From an uncultured Actinomycetota bacterium (GTDB taxonomy: Bacteria; Actinomycetota; Actinomycetes; Propionibacteriales; Propionibacteriaceae), in assembly GCA_963791865.1 (NCBI GenBank), contig CAWBUC010000020.1:40306-104305 (forward strand): a stretch of DNA of 64,000 bases, in the 5' to 3' direction. The notes beneath the pieces are model-generated. The model was not told where the DNA came from and ran no database searches. It worked only from the letters and a program-made list of their open reading frames with translations. Positions within the stretch are counted from its first letter, which is position 1. Each line of letters starts with the position of its first letter. Position numbers and translations under genes: made by a program. Positions 60,753 to 64,000 of this stretch are shown in pieces.

Positions 60753-61951
60753 TCGCCGCGCTGGAAGCTCTCGATGTTTCCGCGGCCGAGTGGCTCGCGC
60801 AACGCGATCCTGCCTTGGTGCATCTTCCCGAGGCGTTGGCCGCGACCGCGCCGAACTGGAATCTGCACGACGTCCAATGGACGCCAGGCCAGGGCTGCCG
60901 GCTCGCTTATCACGTGGGCGTCGAGGATTCCGAGGCCGCGACCTTCGTGGCCGTCAAGCTCGATGCGTTGAGCTGGTCTCGGCACGACTTCCACCGCGAT
61001 CCCGCCCTGCCCGGGCTTTCCGCCGTGACCGACCCGGCCGTCGTGACGGAGCGGTTGGGTGCGGTGATCGGAGAGCCGATCGTGCACGCTCGAGTGCGAC
61101 CGGTCCGCTATCGACCGGGTGAACGGTGCGTCCTCCGGTATGACCTGGAGACGTCGTCGGGCCTCGCCCGGTACTACGCGAAGGTGTTCTCGACGTCGGT
61201 CTTCGCGGATGCGGCCGGAAGGGCGACCCGGGCCGGGGCCGCGGCCGAGCTCGCGGGAACACCGGTCACCCAGGTGATCGCAGTCTGGCCGACCTGGTCG
61301 GTGACCGTGGCCAGAGCGGTTGACGGGCTGTCCGCCTCAGCCGTGATGCGCGACACGAGGGTGTCAATCCACAATCGAGTCAATCTCGGGAATCGTCTCG
61401 GCGGACTTCTGGCTGAGTTCCACACCCTGGCCGGCGTCTCGGTTCCGATCCGGACCGCTTCGGACTACGTACGTGACCTGACCAAGCTGATCCCAGCGGT
61501 GTCCATCGTGGACGCGGCACTTGCCGATCGCCTCAGGAGACTGGTCGACCGTCTCGGCGGGCACCTTCCCCCAGGTGATCGCCGGACCGTTGTGACCCAT
61601 GGGGCGTTCCGGCTCGGCCAGGTCGTGGTCGATGATGCCGGACGTCTCTATCTGCTCGATCTGGACGGCGTGGGTCGCGGCGATGCCGCCCAGGATCTGG
61701 CGAGTGCCTCGGGCCACCTGTCCTGGCAGGCGATTCGGCATCCGAACCAACGAGAGGAGTTTCGACTGATCGACGAGGCTCTACTCGGCGGCTACGAGGC
61801 ACGGGGCCGCGCGGTGAACCCGACGTCTCTGGTCTGGTGGCGAGCAGCCGCCCTGGCGCAGATTGCCCTGCGCCGTTTCCGCCGTCTCGAGATCGGTGAT
61901 TGGGCGTTGGTGCCGCGGCTGATCGACCTCGCTGAGAGCATGCTGCGATGA
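60749..61951 (+). CDS. APH-like phosphotransferase 2 (possible pseudokinase)
   Basis: RYRPGERCVLRY, YAKVF, HGAFRLGQ (Asp replaced by Ala) and LLDLD. Confidence 0.8.
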   Translation: MIAALEALDVSAAEWLAQRDPALVHLPEALAATAPNWNLHDVQWTPGQGCRLAYHVGVEDSEAATFVAVKLDALSWSRHDFHRDPALPGLSAVTDPAVVTERLGAVIGEPIVHARVRPVRYRPGERCVLRYDLETSSGLARYYAKVFSTSVFADAAGRATRAGAAAELAGTPVTQVIAVWPTWSVTVARAVDGLSASAVMRDTRVSIHNRVNLGNRLGGLLAEFHTLAGVSVPIRTASDYVRDLTKLIPAVSIVDAALADRLRRLVDRLGGHLPPGDRRTVVTHGAFRLGQVVVDDAGRLYLLDLDGVGRGDAAQDLASASGHLSWQAIRHPNQREEFRLIDEALLGGYEARGRAVNPTSLVWWRAAALAQIALRRFRRLEIGDWALVPRLIDLAESMLR

Positions 61952-62907
61952 CCAACGCCGCCCTGACCAAGACTGAGCAGCTGCCGCGTCAAGAGGCGAC
62001 CGAACTGCTACGCGGAGCCCTGGCCGGGCGCACGTCGCATGCTCAGCTCACCGTGGTCTCCAGCCAGGAACTGAGCTCGGTCGCCGGTCGGCGGCGCGTC
62101 GTCAGCTACACCGTGGAAGGACTGGACTCGACGGGTCCCGCCGAACTCATCGCCAAGAGTTTCAGCGAGCCGCACCGCGCTCGGCTGTTGTCAGCGCATC
62201 TGCAGGCACTGTCCGATGGTCCCTTCGCGGTCGGAAGATTCCGGGTGCCGCAACTCCTGGCCTTCGTTCCGGAGGAGAACTTGGTCGTCTACCGAGCGTG
62301 CACCGGGACTCCGTTGACCGAACTCGATGATCGGCGGGCCCTGGATGGGGTGCGCGACGCGGCACGGTGGCTGGCCACACTGCACACCTCCTCGGTACCG
62401 ATGCCGCGGACCTTCGACGCGTCACAAGAGGTTGCGAGCACGCACGACTGGGCGGCGGCGGTAGGCCGATACAGCCCAGAGCTTCTGGAGCCCGCTGATC
62501 GGATTGCTTCCCTGTGGGCGTCGTCCGGGCCTGATTCGCCATCGGAAGAGCGGGTGCCGATTCACAAGGACTTCCACGCCGGTCACCTGCTGATCGGCGA
62601 CCAGGTCTGGGTCATCGACCTCGATGAGGCCCGATTCGGTGACCGAGCCTTCGATCTGGCTCACTTCTGTGCGTACCTGGAGTTCGACGGGGACCGGGGC
62701 ATTCGTCAGGAAACCTTCCTCAGCGAATACTCCCTCCTGACTGGGTGGGCTGATGACGGCTCCTGGGCTGGGTACAGCGCCTACACCTGGTTGAAGATTG
62801 CCAAGCAGTTGGCACTGCGCAGCGGTCCCGCTCGCACCCGGACCGGCGACCGCGACCGAGAGGTCGGCGACGCCGTAGCGAGGGGGATGGCGTGTCTGAC
62901 CCCGTGA
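61948..62907 (+). CDS. APH-like phosphotransferase 3
   Basis: IAK, WLATLH, HKDFHAGHLL, IDLDE and DLAHF motifs. Confidence 0.85.
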   Translation: MTNAALTKTEQLPRQEATELLRGALAGRTSHAQLTVVSSQELSSVAGRRRVVSYTVEGLDSTGPAELIAKSFSEPHRARLLSAHLQALSDGPFAVGRFRVPQLLAFVPEENLVVYRACTGTPLTELDDRRALDGVRDAARWLATLHTSSVPMPRTFDASQEVASTHDWAAAVGRYSPELLEPADRIASLWASSGPDSPSEERVPIHKDFHAGHLLIGDQVWVIDLDEARFGDRAFDLAHFCAYLEFDGDRGIRQETFLSEYSLLTGWADDGSWAGYSAYTWLKIAKQLALRSGPARTRTGDRDREVGDAVARGMACLTP

Positions 62908-64000
62908 TCTATTTGGTCCGCAGCTGGCCACGCCTCTCCCAGACGTTCATCGTGAACGAGGTGCTCGCGCTCGAACGGCGCGGAATCGACCTGGTTGTGT
63001 TCAGCTTGGTTCGATCGGGCGAGTCGGTGATCCAGCCCCAGGTCGCCGAGGTCCGGAGCGCCGTGCACTTCCTCGAGGATCGCGAGTCGCTCCGACGTCG
63101 GGTGGGCGAACATCTCGCGGTCTTCTCGGCCGGCCCCGTGCGCTACGCCAAGACTGCCCTGTTCGCCATCCGCCGGCGAGATCTCGCCGCGGGCTACGCC
63201 ACCGCCACCACCTGGGTCTGTTTCCGGTACGCGGTTCGGGTCGCCGCCGCCGTCATCCGGCTCCGGAAGGCGGGCCAGGGACCGGCGCATCTCCATGCCC
63301 ACTTCGCTCATGACCCCGCGCTCGTCGCCTTGCTGGTACGACGCCTCACCCGGCTGCCGTACAGCTTCACCGCTCACGCCCGCGACCTGGTGCAGATCCC
63401 GCCGTCCAGCCTTGCGGCTCGCGCCGCGGAGGCCACCGCATTGGTCACCTGCTGCGAAGTGAACGCTGACTACATCGCGTCGACGGTGCCCTCGAGCCTG
63501 CCGGCGGTCAGGGTCATCCGACACGGTGTTGAGCTCGACCGCTTCGAACCAGCACTTCGGTCGCCGACGGCCGAGCTCGCCCCGGAGAACCCAGATCTCC
63601 GGATCGTCACCATCGGGCGTCTCGTGGAAAAGAAGGGCTTTCCGGATCTCTTGCGGGCACTCGGCCGGCTCAAGGCCTCCGGACGCCGCATCACGTGTCA
63701 GGTCTACGGCGACGGCCCCCTGTCGGGACCGCTCACCGAGCTCCGGGACGAACTCGGGCTCGGGGAAACCGTCCACTTCGCGGGTGAGCGCAGTCGCGAG
63801 GCGATCATCTCGGCCCTCCACGAGGCAGACGTGTTCGTGCTCACGCCGACCGTGACCGAGGACGGTGACCGGGATGGTATTCCGAACGTCTTGGTGGAGG
63901 CCATGGCCTGCGGGCTGCCGGTGGTGAGTACGTCCGCCGGTGGCATCGGCGAATTGGTCGCCCATGGCGTCAATGGCTTCCTCACCGCCCCGGGCGACGT
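62892..64000 (+). CDS. GT4 glycosyltransferase (WcaL-like), partial
   Basis: Read manually: WPRLSQTFIVNE, HLHAHFAH, SFTAHARD, GRLVEKKG and DRDGIPNVLVEAMACG; runs off the right edge. Confidence 0.9.
   Translation, partial: MSDPVIYLVRSWPRLSQTFIVNEVLALERRGIDLVVFSLVRSGESVIQPQVAEVRSAVHFLEDRESLRRRVGEHLAVFSAGPVRYAKTALFAIRRRDLAAGYATATTWVCFRYAVRVAAAVIRLRKAGQGPAHLHAHFAHDPALVALLVRRLTRLPYSFTAHARDLVQIPPSSLAARAAEATALVTCCEVNADYIASTVPSSLPAVRVIRHGVELDRFEPALRSPTAELAPENPDLRIVTIGRLVEKKGFPDLLRALGRLKASGRRITCQVYGDGPLSGPLTELRDELGLGETVHFAGERSREAIISALHEADVFVLTPTVTEDGDRDGIPNVLVEAMACGLPVVSTSAGGIGELVAHGVNGFLTAPGD

Overview
High-GC actinobacterial chromosome segment, probably Propionibacteriales (Microlunatus/Friedmanniella-like; inferred from gene order, not from a search). 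The conserved rpsP-khpA-rimM-trmD ... rplS-lepB-lepB-rnhB-DUF2469-yraN-comM-dprA backbone is split by about 36 kb between trmD and rplS. This interval holds an sdhCAB operon, several accessory genes and a ~23 kb phage-tail-like contractile injection system (CIS/eCIS, Streptomyces-type gene order). The CIS encodes LuxR, Pvc16-like cap, AAA+ ATPase, DUF4157, a large effector ending in an HNH/EndoVII-like nuclease, sheath, tube, chaperone pair, tube initiator, LysM, VgrG, PAAR, gp25 and baseplate genes, plus a Zn-ribbon/Ig-repeat/4-TM membrane protein; a STAND-BTAD regulator lies beside it. Features the ORF track misses: a GGGGGAA slippery site that could fuse the chaperone to an unlisted 51-aa ORF, a shared TGCCC-N4-GGGCA palindrome before two CIS genes, a bipartite repeat that brackets the CIS and forms a translationally coupled micro-ORF inside sdhA-sdhB, a REP-like element expanded inside a CIS coding sequence, and a DUF559-like gene flanked by palindromes. 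The right end holds a two-component system and an ino1/epimerase/glycosyltransferase/triple-phosphotransferase cluster. Many single-base frameshifts, probably long-read errors, break genes, and I reconstructed those genes by eye.
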